Shown one piece after another: positions 38,107-51,162 of a stretch of 64,000 nt of DNA. This stretch comes from Stylophora pistillata (taxonomy: Eukaryota). Location of the stretch: assembly GCF_002571385.2 (NCBI RefSeq), contig NW_019217790.1, forward strand, positions 1,189,242 through 1,253,241, given 5' to 3'. The translations under genes were made by a program, and so were the position numbers. Each line of letters starts with the position of its first letter. Within the stretch, counting starts at the first letter, position 1. The notes under the pieces are model-generated. The model saw only the letters and a list, made by a program, of their open reading frames with translations. It ran no database searches and was not told the DNA's origin.

Positions 38107-41100
38107 TTAAACAACACTTGTAAGTAAACACGTCAGCTGTTCATTCAAGTTTTGCAATGCTTTCTTGGAAGCGGAGAACTTTTTCTCTGTTGTTTTGGCA
38201 TTTAGTTGATGAATTGTCTTTGCCACGATGAGAAAACAGCGTTCAAATAGGTACTCTTCAACATAACTAGCACCTCGTGCCGCAGTGCGTCGCTTGGAAG
38301 GAATGATTAGGCGATGTTCCTTGACGTTGCTTCGAAGCAGCTCACGGAGAAGCTTCTGGTGTTGTTCCCAATCCCCTTGACATGCCTCAATTTGTCTCCT
38401 CAAATCTTCGAGGCAAACGTTCTCGCAGTCTGCCAGGAATACGGCAACTTGGTTGTCGAACTGATGTCTGTCTGACAATAACAAAGCTTCGAGACCGAGC
38501 TGTTTAACATAGATGTACGAGTTGTTGATGGCATTTTGATCAACAATACCTTGAACTTTTTCCAATATTTCCTTTGGAAGTATTTCAAACAAACGTTTCT
38601 TGCTCTCCCGAAAAACTGAAAAGTTATCATTGTAAAAATTAAACATACTGCTGGTTAAATTCTTCGCGAGCTTCAATTGTGTGTTAGTTTGCGGTTTAAG
38701 TCGTCGCAGGCCTTGTATATCGACTGCAAATTGCGTAAATAAATCTGATAAATCCAAATGGTATTTGGCGAGTGTCTGCGTTGCACTGCTCTCAACAGGC
38801 ACCAATCCTTTCAAATCCCTCTTTGCCTCAACAGCGTCTACAAGTAACCCATACTTGGGCAGCACCTCGTTTATTTTTTCTTGAAGTCGTGTAAGAGTTG
38901 AGTTGATTTAGACTATATCATCTAATATTGACCCGACAGTGGGTCCATCGAGAACAGTATTTCCCTGCAATTCTGCGGCTTCGCTATGACAAGCGTTACA
39001 GACTCGCAGATACAAACAGCCGGCTGGTTCTTTATCAGGGGAACCGATAATGTTGATGAGGGACCACTGAACGACGGCGGATTCACCAGCAGGATACAGG
39101 ATAAGAGTTTCTTGAGAACAAAATGAACATATTATTGACCCGCACACCCTGGCAAACAAAAGAAAAATAGTTCATATCCATAAAGAGATTAGCTGTGGAA
39201 ACTCCCACCTACTGTCCAACCAATCAGATGTAAGACTGAAACTAACCAAACCCAAAACCTGACATGCAAACGAGGTTGTTAAGTTGGATGGCCTGTCTAA
39301 AATAGCTTTGCTAATTGCAGGCTCCCCGGGACTTCCCCCATCAATTTGTAATGACTAAAGTTAACATTGCTTTAGTTGTTGTAAAAGCAAATGTCATGAA
39401 AGTTCAGATTTCAAGATTTATAAAGTAATTCTTTCAGCCATTCTAGAGGTGCTGTGAAAGTTCACCATGGTGATAAGTGGTAAAGGGGAAAAGAGGAATT
39501 ATGGTTGTTACCACGGCTTTCAGGCTACTTCATTTCAGGAGTTACTACTTATACTACGTACTTACTTGCAGTGGGACTTTGTCTCTGTTACTGAAAACGT
39601 TTTATTACACAATGTACAGTAGTTCCTTGACGAGCTTTGCTGAAAAAGACAGAACATGAACAAAATGATGTACTCAGTTTGGGTGGCTTGCGTGTAGAAA
39701 AAAGAGTACATTAATTTTAGAAAAGATGGACATTTCAATACCAGATTTATGATACAGTTTTAGGAATATATCCAAATTGTATTAACGGAATAAAATGGGA
39801 AGACTTTGGTTATTGTCTTTAAGCGTGGAAAAGTTTTAGTAGAATCAAATTTTTAATCAAGGTTTTTTTTCCTCTGTGGAAATCTGCTTTTGCAGATCAA
39901 GAAAAATCTGCAAAATCCAAAAATTACATATGCAAAATTTTTCTGTGGCACAAAAGTGTAAATAAAAGTTGCAAAAACACTTTAACTTTACATCATTACT
40001 TGGAGAAAATCTTTAGACACAACAATGGTTTTGCCTGCATTTCATGGTATTTATTCACCTTACATTGCTAAGAAATTGATTTAGCTTCTCACCATCCAAT
40101 GTTTTGATCTTTGCCAATCTGGGATCTTCAAAAAGCTGAAAGCTTCAGTCACAAAGGACTTTAACTTCGATTGGCCAATGTGCTTTGCAAAACCATCCAC
40201 AAGTCTTTGTAACTCTTCTTTGATATCCCTCAAAGAGTGGCCAGGTCCAACTTTATGATCATTGTTATTTTTCTTTGATTTCACAAGGTTTCGGACATGG
40301 TTAAATTCTTTCCATAATGAGCAGAAAGCTCCATCTGTCTGCGGTCCAACATCATCAAAACAGCTTTTACACACCTGACAAGAGAAAATCAAGACAACAG
40401 TTAATGAGTCAGCATCAAATTACTGGTAACACTTTTCCTACTGGTTCTGTATCTAGTAACCCAGAGGAGGGGGGGGGGGAAAGAGTAATAGTCCATTTTA
40501 CAGTGGTGTGCTTGGTTGCCAAGCCTTTGAACAGGAGTGAGGCTAGGGGTGACCTTGTTATGATACAAACCCTGCTGCCTTTCAAATGTAAATCACTTTA
40601 TTATCATGCTAACTAGATCCAGGTCTCTATCACGACAAGGTCACCTTCAGCCTCACTCCAAATCAAAGGCTTGGCAACTAAGTACAAAACTGTAAAATGG
40701 CCTATTCTCAGTAACTTTCCTTGTAAAAATGACAAGGACTTAACATTCTTTACATTGCACTGACCATTAGGTTACAGAATCTCAGTAAATGTAAATTTAC
40801 TAGAAACAAAAAGTAATGAATAAAAAAATATTTCTCACTCTGTAGCTGATTCCATCTGGATCTAGAGTTGCAAAGACTGACAAGCGACGCCTGTATTGAG
40901 AGCACTCGCCACAAAATACCTCACCACACCTTTAAATAAAAAGTATGGTAACCAATTCAGAGAATAAACAACACTTAAGGATGGACTAAATAGTTTGAAC
41001 CTGTGATTAATGGTGGACAATGAGGTTTGATCGAGTAAATTAAGACATATTACAGTTGTCCACTGTCAATCACTATTACTGACAAAAGTCACTTCCTAAT

Positions 41101-43262
41101 ACTCCCTTTGCTCGTTCCACGAAATGCTGCTGTACATGCACTGCAGGCGCAAATGTAAACCTGAAATCGAGGCTATCCCTGTATAACACTTGAAAAAAAC
41201 ANAGCACGAAGGTTTCGTTTTAGATTTGTTGTTGGCTCTATAAGCACAATGAACGAACCAAAGCTCCAAAGAAAACATAGAAGTGGAGGGAAGCAGTGTT
41301 CAGTGGTAGCTTGTAATAATTTTGAATATCTAAGCGACGGAACACCATCGAAAATTCACTTCTTTAAGTTTCCAACCAAGCCATCGCTTCGAAATCGATG
41401 GTGCAATTTAATCAAGCGGCAGCACGGCAGAGACGGCTTTTACGTGAAACCTTCAACAGTCTTATGCGGCCATCATTTTAAGGAAAATGACCTATGCAAA
41501 CATCCGGGAGGAATGCGGTACAGGCTACGACTAGGTATGTTTTTGTATGCCCATAAGACTGCCCATAAAATGTGAGCTTTTAGTGAGCTCTTGAGTTTTA
41601 TGTAAGCTATATAAGTTAAAGTTGAGCAAATTGCAATGATTCTTTTCATACGATTCACTTAGCTTTGAAGATTTTGAATATTTCTTTATTAATATAAGGC
41701 TATCGAAGTATCAAGTTAAACTCAAGATTACTTTAAACTTTGGTGTTTATATTTTTCAGGAGCAGAGCCATCCATATCCATAGTCGTAGAGTTGTACGCG
41801 GTTGAACGACGGTATATTTGGCAAGTCCTTGCTCCACTCACATCCCCGAGATGCTTGATCTCTAGACAAAACTTCGTACGTTATTTCGTGGCCACTTTTG
41901 GTGTTCGAAATCAACGATATCAATGGCTGTTCTTGTTTTGAAATGTTGTCAGGCTCGACGCAGACCACTTTTCTTTGATAAATAGCTTGACATCTTAGGA
42001 CAAGATCAGCCTTCTTGCTGCCACATGGCTGGTTTTCTACTTTCAATATTTCTCTTAAATATTTCACTGTAAGCTTTTGAAAGTCCTCTATCTTCTGAAT
42101 TGTGTCCACCAGGCAGCCTTCGCCACATTTTTCGACTTAAATATTTTCTTCAAAGAGCTCTTATAAGTTAAAAAAATCAACATTTTTACACGCTCGCCCT
42201 TGGTTTGTTTGTATGATATGATACAGGGTTGTATGATATGATACAGGGTTAGCCTCGTTTTCACGCTTGACAGTATCTGCAAACATTCGAACAGTGGTTA
42301 TCAGCACAGAACGCGAAACTGGAGTTTTAAGCTACTCTCATTCAGATGATCACATTACATGATCACCTTTTGGTTATAAGATAACATAATGATTGGTTAA
42401 TTGCATTTATGTAGACACCCTGAATTAACAACAAAGCTGACAAGATCATGTACAAAATCAGTTAAATCTAACAACTAAATTTAAATAAATACATCACAAC
42501 AAATCTCAATATAACTCTCAATTCAAACAACTTAATACCAATCTTAAATTCAGATATACTTTCTGTCAAATGGTTGCAACATTTTTATGGCTTATCCACT
42601 TTGATGTAATGGGAAAGTAAATGCGAGATCCCTCACGTATTAATATGTCGACATATCTGTTTACCCAGCCCAAATTAACTTAAGTCCCCCTCTCAGAAGA
42701 AAATAATAATAACTAATGCTTCTACTACCCGTCCCCTACAATAATAATAATGTTGACAGCTTAGACCTTTGTAAGAAGAATCAAGTCAACTGGTCATTAA
42801 CTAATACATTGGCCAAACGTTTACAAGGAAAGATTACAGCATGTACAGAATTGGTAATCTGAATCAATTTCCACCCATTCAATTATTAATTAAATATCGT
42901 CCTCAGATGATAAAGGAAGCAAGATAAATTAAATTTATCGATTTGGAGTCTAACTTACACTGATGCGTTATTCTGTAGAAGATGGAACCAAGGTCCGCTA
43001 GAAGTGTTAACTAGCAGTTTACGTACCTTCTGCAGTGATGCTTCCTTTCCGTTAACGTAAATTTCTTCCGACAGCTTCCATCGGCACAGTGAGTACGTTC
43101 TAAACTATTCACCCAATGCGCCTTCGTAATCTGCCGAACTCTTTCCGCCTTTGGAATCGGTTCCTCGTGCTCGTTCAGAACATAACTTACTGAGCGGCTT
43201 AGATCCTCCCATTGGGCATTCAGAGACTTTGATCGATAATAATTAGAACTTCTGTGAGCCAT
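38107..43262 (-). CDS. Double-FYVE zinc-finger protein, Vac1/rabenosyn-5-like; one in-frame TAA at 38910-38908 (null allele, pseudogene or sequence error)
   Basis: Exons 43262-43027, 40929-40839, 40374-40093, 39639-39566, 39148-38107 are phase-consistent (574 codons if read through). FYVE1 RKHHCRRCGEVFCGEC...RVCKSC; FYVE2 TKSHCKVCGSIICSFC...RVCNAC. Confidence 0.8.
41044..42301. mobile_element. Internally deleted ISL2EU/Harbinger-like transposon (ends uncertain)
   Basis: Convergent gene stubs: THAP domain on + (41249-41534 spliced to 41760, C-x4-C...W...C-x2-H...GAEPSI) and a SAP-like ORF on - (42109-41756, LTVKYLREILK...KKADLVLR...WSKDL...LYDY), fused at about 41775. TIRs not clearly identified. 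Confidence 0.6.
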
Positions 43263-43545
43263 AATGATGCAGAGCAGTCAAAGAGGTAAGCTACAGGTAT
43301 TACAAAACGAATACAGAAAGTTGCCACATGCCTGTGCGAAGGTTCACCTGCACCAAACTATCACTGAGTTAGAAGTCCATGTATGACCCCGTAAAATGTC
43401 CTAAGTTCTCACTGATTATATGACGTCATGTTAAAATGTCATTTAGCCAACTGTCAACCGTCAACCACATAAAAAGGAAATAACGCGACATTGCGTGACA
43501 AATTAATCAAAAGCGACATTCAGCTGTGAAAGATTTTCGACGACA
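43263..43545. promoter_or_regulatory. Bidirectional promoter with a full CRE
   Basis: Only 283 bp between divergent ATGs; TGACGTCA at 43421-43428. Confidence 0.7.
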
Positions 43546-46500
43546 ATGAAGTTCTCCGTGAATTCTTTTATTTTCGTTACTTTGACGAATCTTCACATAT
43601 TCGTCTCCTCAGCTGCATCTAAACCTAATATTTTGTTTGTTTTGGTGGATGATCTTGGATGGAGTGACGTAGGCTTCCATGGTTCGAAAATTCAAACTCC
43701 AAATGTTGACAAGTTGGCAAACGAAGGAGTCATTCTGGATAGTTATTACGTTCAACCGATTTGTTCTCCAACAAGAGGAGCGTTGATGTCCGGAAGATAC
43801 CCGATACATCTTGGTTGGTGTGATTTCAGTTTGCTGTGGATTTTAAACTAATTTCTAATACTATTGTGCCAATCTATAAAGTGGGAAGGCGATATTTCCT
43901 ACAATTTTCCATTTCTATTTTTTTAAACATCATGTGACGATCAGCATGTCACTTTCACTCCGGGACTAGTCTGCAATAGATTCACCACCTGCACAAAATT
44001 TTTATTTTTCTGCTTAACAAATGCTGATTTCAGCTTTCACACAAGAAACAAACATAAGTACATGTGTAGAACTCCTTTCTCAAAGTGAATGATGCGATAG
44101 ACCAACCGAAATAAACGTTCATATTATATTTTATACCCCAAAAGTGATTTTTAATCTTGCGACGTCGTATATATTGGTTATTTATTTGGTATTCACTGTA
44201 ATAAGTTAACCCCTTTGCAGTTAACAAATGTATATTATATTTAGATGTAGATTTATTTTGCAAACTCTAGAGATTCTTTTTTGCGCAAGGAAGTTAAAAA
44301 TTAGCAGAATGGAAAGTTAAAAGTTGATAATTCAAAAAGCTCTAATGTCAACATGTAAACTATGGTTCGTGCAATCATTGCAGAAGTAGTTAAGAGAATT
44401 CATATTGCAGTGTAGAGGTAGAAAGATTTGTTTCTTTGCAGGAATGCAGCATGGAATTGTTCATACTGGGTGTCCATTTGGTCTGCCTTTGAATATCACC
44501 ACACTACCACAAAAACTCAAAGAAGTTGGTAAGAATTTGGACTCGAGATTACAACCTTTTCTCTAGAGTTTTGTGTACAATTTTGGTAGTACGAACTCTA
44601 AATGACCTAATAGTATAACTGTTTATTCGGTGAAGCCCTTGAATTTAAAATTCAAAACTGGGTTGCGTTTGATAAGTTTATATAGTTGTTTCTTTAAGTT
44701 GGCAATTAATTCATTTTATCTAGTTGATTAATTATTAGTTGAACACATTTCAGAGGTAGTAGAGAAAGGTTAGGGGTGTATAACAAACTAGCAAAGCTTA
44801 TCAGTTGGCAACCATGCACAAGAAGGTAGTTGTTTAGGAAAAACTCCTAGAACACATTATTCTGCTAAGCATCAACCCTTTGATATGATTTTTGGAAAGA
44901 TTAAAACCAATTTTCTACTGAAGTAGAGAAAATTTATGTTCCAAAACATAGAGGTACTCCAAATTTTAATTTATAGAAGTTTAAAGGCCTTCCCCACTCC
45001 TGCCCTGTTCCCCTGCTCTGCTGCCTATAGGTATATTTTGTTAAGTAAATTTCTCATTAAAATACAAAGGGGTTGTCCTCATTTTTTTTTTCAGGATACA
45101 GCACCCACATGATAGGCAAGTGGCATCTTGGTTTCTACAACTGGGAGAGTACCCCTACCTACCGTGGCTTTGATACCTTTTATGGGTTTTACAATGGAGC
45201 AGAGGATCATTACACGCATGTTATAAGTCATTTTCTTGATTTCAGAGACAACAAAGAAATTGTCAGGGATATGAATGAGACTTACTCTGTTAATGCTTTT
45301 ACAAAGGTGAATCATGTGTGTTTTTGAAAAATTGGCAAATGTTAGCATTCAAAGATGCCTTATCATACATAATTTAAATTTAAAAATTTCCAAGTCTGCT
45401 TAACAGTATCTGTTATTATTATGTCAAATTTGGATGGGTGCATGGAAACAGCCTTCAATTAAGACACTTTTGATGCAAAAGTGGTGTTGCAAGTGCACCT
45501 GCAGTAATTACTTCATTTCTATCTTTTTTAAAATGTTTTGTCCACAATGTTCACTTAATAGAAGATATTCTATATATAAGGCTAAAAGATTAAGAAAAAA
45601 TTATAAAAATGTTTAAACCAAACGTTTTCGGCTGTTTGCCATCATCGTTGCCCTGATGATGGCAAACAGCTGAAAATGTTTGGTTTAAACATTTTAAAAT
45701 GGTTTGTTTCAAAGAATATCAGCATGTAATTTCTAAAATGTTTTGTCCATAATGTTCGCTTAATAAAAGATATTCTATATACAAGACTAAAAGATCAGGA
45801 AAAAAATTATTAAAATGTTTAAACCAAGCGTTTTCGGCTGTGTGCCATCATCATTGCCCTGATGATGGCAAACAGCAGAAAATGTTTGGTTTAAACATTT
45901 TAGAATGTTTTGTTTCATAGAATATCGGCATTCAATTTCTGTGTTTTCTTCAAGCCATAAGTTGATTGATATGAGATAGTGCTACACTAAAGAAAGAACA
46001 TCAAACATTATTATCATCACTATCTGTATGAATTACCTTTGTCGTTGATCAATACTTTTTCAGCGAGCTGAGCAAATTGTCAAATCACATGATGCCCAAA
46101 ATGGTCCTCTTTTCCTTTACATGGCATTCCAAAATGTCCACTCTCCAGTCCAAGCTCCCAAACAACATGTGGACAAGTACTCCTTTATAAACGACACAAT
46201 AAGACGGAGCTATGCTGGGATGGTGGATATCATGGATGAAGCAGTTGGTAATATAACAGGTGCATTCAAGGAAGCCGGGTATGTGGGTATATTCTTTTGC
46301 CATGCATGAGACATTTCCAACCATAATTGTTTTGCTTCACACAAGAAATATTGGTAGGCCATGCAAGGGAGGGGAAATCTCAATGATAACATGAATGGTA
46401 ATTTTTGACAACAGAAACTTTGAATTTTCTGGTTCTTCATGAGTTGAGGTACAGAATTGGGTAAGATCAATTGTACTCAAGGTATTTACAATGGCCAGTG

Positions 46501-48978
46501 GTAGGTTTAACTTGTTCTTGAGAGGAAAGAAAGCAAATTAGTTGCTTAGTTTGAAAGCAAAACCGTTCTTTTGTCTTTACTTGTCCTTATGAGATGTTTC
46601 AAGGAGGTGGTAAAAAGAGAGGATACATAAAGGTGGTATATAAATGACAGAAATGCAGAGTAACTCACGTCATATTGTAGGGAGTTCAATACTTTCCTGT
46701 GATTGTAGCACAGGACACCTTTCTGAGATGACGAAGTGGTGAATGTTTATTTTTGTATTTGTTTACTTTTATTAGTGGTTATTTTTTAGGGGATAAATCT
46801 TGTGATTAGTGTGGAGGGCTTCCATATTAATATAAAAGCTAGTAAAGAGGATACGAAACTGTGAAATATCCTAGAGGAATAACATAATATTCTGAAGTTA
46901 ACAGACTGTACATGTTTGTTGGTGTCAACTGGGTCTAGAATTTGCTTAATTTCTTCCTCTTTAAAGGTTATGGGACAACACGTTGATGATCTTTAGTACT
47001 GACAATGGTGGGGTGCCAAAAAATGGTGGCTATGACTACCCCCTGAGGGGACCGAAGGACACTCTGTGGGAAGGAGGAGTCAGAGGGGTGGGGTTCGTAC
47101 ATGGAAAAATGCTATCTAGGAGTGGGGTGAAATCTACCGGGCTGATTCACGTGACCGATTGGTATCCAACATTGGTCAATCTTGCTGGTTAGTAATCTGT
47201 TCACCCTGTCCTTAACCGATTTCTAACTGTAGATAAAGCGAGCGAACTGAGTGCGCAAGGACTAGCGCGTAACGTGCGAGGGTGTGCTTTAGATGCGAGA
47301 GCTAGAAAAAAAAGTTTCGGCTAGAATTAATTGCTTCTGGGAACAAATTGTTTTTTTGCAAAACAACTGCAGCATTTTCCGTCGCCGCTTTAAGCATCAT
47401 ATTTAGCGAGATGTGGTTTACACGTTAAATGCAAAACGGACCCTTCACAGTCCTCTTGCACGCTTGCTTCGTTCGCTGACTCGAATCTCGCTGAGCCTTG
47501 GAACATCCTACCAGGTTAGAAATTATTGGAACGTTGTTGGTCACTGTTCACCTAAGATCTTAAAGAAGAAAATAAACTTAAAACCAAGGTTAGACTAACC
47601 GTTTCACGCAGAAGGATCATTGCTTTTGATAGTTAGGCAGCTACGAAATCAGGCGTGTCTAATCACACTTTCTTGAACTTTGCCACAAACGCAGTGCAGG
47701 CCTGTCCAAACGTATCCGGGTATTTTTGAAGAGGGAAGATTTTTTATCGTCGTTTGAGCAAATTGCCCGTCCACATGAAGTCTATTCGGATCTTTTGGCG
47801 TCCTTCCTCATATATCCGCTAACAAGATGGAAAGTCAAATAAGGACAATATTGAAGCAACCTCTATCTAATAAGGGAGACAGAATGGAGGGGTAAAACTG
47901 AGTGAAAATATTTTACTATTATTATAACTGTTTTTTTTTGTTATCTTGATCATTACTATTATTATTATCATTTGAATTAACACTGTTTTTATTATCATAA
48001 TAATAATTATTATTATTATCATTAGTTATTTTTAGTTTCTTTAAACTACTAGCTTGTCTCCTTCGTTCTGACGAGGGGCTAACGCTCGAAACGTCAGCTT
48101 TGAAACCCTTTGCGGTGTCCAATTCTAATTATCAACTCTGTTGATAAAACCAGATTACCTACGCAACGAACTCGAGGGAGCATGACCTGACATTCCAAAT
48201 AACCGCTGCCAAAAAATTAACAATGAAAATGCGTCTAGTTAAGTAAATGAAGTACGGTGTTCAGTCTATTTCCGTGTTTAGGTGGTTATCTTAATGACGA
48301 AGATCTGCCCCTTGACGGTCATGACGTATGGAAAACCATTTCAAATGGCGAAGCTTCTCCGCGTACAGAGATCCTTCACAATATAGACACTCCCTCTTTC
48401 CCCGACACAGAACTTGGTTTTGCCTACCAGGGCATAGGTCTCCGTGTAGGAGACATGAAACTTCTCATGGGAGTTCCCAATATTTCATACTTCATCCCTC
48501 CGGAAGAAAGAAACATTTCTGAGGTGAACTCCGTGACCGACCAGGATTTGAATGATGTAAGTGTAGGATCATGAACATTTAAAAATGTCAAATTCTCCAG
48601 CAGGTCCATTTATGGTCAAAAATGCATTTGAAATTTCATCGGCACTCCTTTTTCTTGGAGCTGACTCATAAAACTGTGTTTTTTATATGCACATGTGTGA
48701 CTTTATTTCTTGTGTCTGAATGATGTGTTGAACTGAATGAGTAATTTCCTAATTCAATTTAGCCCCCAGTTCCCACTATCAATGTTGCGCTGTTCAACGT
48801 CACCGCTGACCCGTATGAGAAGAATGACCTCAGCAAAAAGTTCCCAGATAAGGTGAAGGAGCTTCAAGATCGATTGGAGTATTACATGAAGGGGTTAGTG
48901 CCGCCTGCTAACAAGCCAAGTGACCCAAAAGCAAGGAGAGTAGCAAGGGAGAATGGAGCATGGACTCCGTGGATGTGA
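43546..48978 (+). CDS. ARSB: Arylsulfatase B-like (ARSB/I/J group), about 497 aa
   Basis: Exons 43546-43813, 44442-44528, 45095-45306, 46064-46278, 46967-47187, 48282-48556, 48763-48978. Signal peptide, [14 protein letters not shown], formylglycine motif [25 protein letters not shown], terminal WTPWM. Confidence 0.9.
45529..45940. repeat. Tandem duplication of about 205 bp, each unit holding an 89-bp palindrome with a hammerhead-like core
   Basis: Palindromes at 45607-45695 and 45812-45901; CTGATGA-TGGCAAACAGC-nGAAA on the + strand in each. Confidence 0.85.
48064..48160 (+). ncRNA. Minimal type I hammerhead ribozyme motif in a Penelope-like terminal repeat fragment
   Basis: GTT-CTGACGA-G-GGGC(TAAC)GCTC-GAAA-CG-TC-AGC at 48065-48098; homologous to the Penelope 3' end at 49236-49330. 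Confidence 0.65.
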
Positions 48979-49235
48979 AAAATCAACGAAATGGAACGAC
49001 TTACACTAATTATTATGCACGTGATCCTTGCACTGAACACCATAATTTTCATTAATTTTTTGGGAAACCACACTAGCGGTTCTCGGAGTTGAAGCGAGGC
49101 TTGGTTTGCAAACAATCATGTGACAAAAATGAATTTTCACAAAATCTGCACGAAAAAAAAATTTCTGTTTTCATTTCACGTAGGAATTTAATTAAGAATC
49201 ACTTTATGAAAGTGGTCCAAATTTCATAGTAATTT

Positions 49236-49548
49236 GGATATATCAACAAAGTTGAAATGGTAAATTGGCCACCGTAACGATTACAAGAGCTGACGTTTCG
49301 AGCGTTAGCCCTTCGTCGGATCGAATAGAGGAATTGTGGGTTGTGCGTGCTTTTAAAGGCAGAAAATGGAGCTACCTTATTGGTGGGAACATGGCAACGA
49401 CAAAAACAAGAATAAATTAGTGGAATGAAGAGCGTTCGTTGATCCCTTTGGGATTTAGACTGCCGGTTTGAAAGATGAGCTTTTGTTCAAGATTTTTACG
49501 GCTTTCCGTGCTACCTAAGTGTAAGGAAAGACCGCAGATTGCCATATG
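49236..49548 (-). mobile_element. 5'-truncated Penelope-like retroelement
   Basis: Minus strand reads HMAICGLSLHLGSTESRKNLEQKLIFQTGSLNPKGINERSSFH*, typical of the GIY-YIG C-terminus, followed by a terminal repeat with a hammerhead motif mutated to CCGACGA. Confidence 0.8.
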
Positions 49549-50573
49549 AACGCAATTTCATTGAACGCAGTCTATCGATCACTGAATTGATAATTCGTGC
49601 AAAGGTATATAATACACCGACCCCAACTGACAATTGGTAAGATGAGTTTTCTTTGACCGAGTGTAATTAACGAAAGGCTAAGCTTTTAATGTCAAATAAA
49701 ATACAGCAATTGTCAAACTGCTTTTAGATTTCACCATTCAGTGGCCAAAATTTCACAGAGCATAGTCTATAAATCAGTGAATTGCGGATTTGTGACTGAG
49801 TGAAATGTCTTTTTATGTCAAATAAAATACAAGTTGTCAAACTGTTTTAGAATCCACCATTCAACACTGGGGATAAAGCTAGATTGGAGGAAGGAAAGGA
49901 AGCAAGGAGGCAATAAAAGAATAAATCGTTCATGTAACTACTGGTGCTGTTTTTTGTTCATTTTCTTACTGATCGAAAAACGGATATGTTTAATCTCAGA
50001 AGAACTAGACGGCAACTCTGATTTTTAACAAACTGTTTATTGGTCGTATTTACAGATCAGTTTTTATTCAGTCATAGTTTTAATGACTCGTCGGATACAA
50101 GTTATATTTATGCCTTTGCTACCTGTTCTCACTAGTTTGTTAATTATCTCGTACCCAGGACAGCGTGACGCATACCGTGGGAACGACATAGACACCTCGT
50201 TACCACGCTAGGCGAGTTTGCCTGGTTACTTAGTTGCTGTATGTACAATTATTTTTTTCAATCGAGTGTCGAAAGTAATTCGGGATCACATTGCTTTTGC
50301 ATTACTTTGCTCTGTGGTTGGTCAAGAAAACTCGCGCCATTTTCTTAACCAATCAGATGTAAGACGGAAACCGAATGGCGACTTTGTCTTATTCGTTTTT
50401 CTGGCGCTTCCGAAGAGACATGGAGTTTTAATCGGCTCTTCGTGATTATTTTTTCATTCGTTCTAATTGGTTTTTGTTTTGGTTTTTCGACAATCAATTA
50501 AAACTTACTCTTTTCTAAAGGATTACATATTTACATAAATAGCGGCAAAATTACAATCAACGACTCCAGCCTA

Positions 50574-50785
50574 TTAAACCTTTAACTCCCAAGATCTGCC
50601 TGTTAATTCTCCCCTCTAACTGCTACACATTTCCTTGTAAATTGGTCACGAGAATTTGGTGTTCAGACAAGGTAACAACTTCTACCTGATAAGTTTGAGT
50701 ATTCTCATTACCTGTTTGCAGGATCATGTATGGATATTATAGGGAGAAGTTACTGGTTGATCACTTCGAGGAGTTCAAGGGTTAA
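50574..50785. mobile_element. TTAA-flanked piggyBac-like MITE; related copies at about 13566-13783, 17431-17895, 51642-51833
   Basis: TTAA-ACCTTTAACTCC...GGAGTTCAAGGG-TTAA with a shared internal sequence in several copies. Confidence 0.8.
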
Positions 50786-51162
50786 CTTAAGTGAGAACAA
50801 ATAACAGAACTATAGAACTACAATCATCGATTTCTATAAATCCAAAGAGCTTGCAAAGTCGAATGTTTAACATTTGTTAGTTCCATTCTTTCCCCTTTCA
50901 CTGCAAACTTTACAGACTGATTTCACGGATAATACCCTTCACATTATAGTCTGATTGAGAACGATAATCAAGTTTGACAAGCTCTTTAGGTTTTGTCGTC
51001 TTTGTTAATAACTTCATATTAACGCCGAGAAATAATTCCTCTCTCCTACAGGAGAGTGTTCAGTAAAATTACTTCCATAAAGAATTTTGCAGCCGTTATC
51101 CATCCTTTCTTAAAATGGCGGTAGAAATGGAAGCCACGTTCATCTGGATCTGTGGTTTTTGC

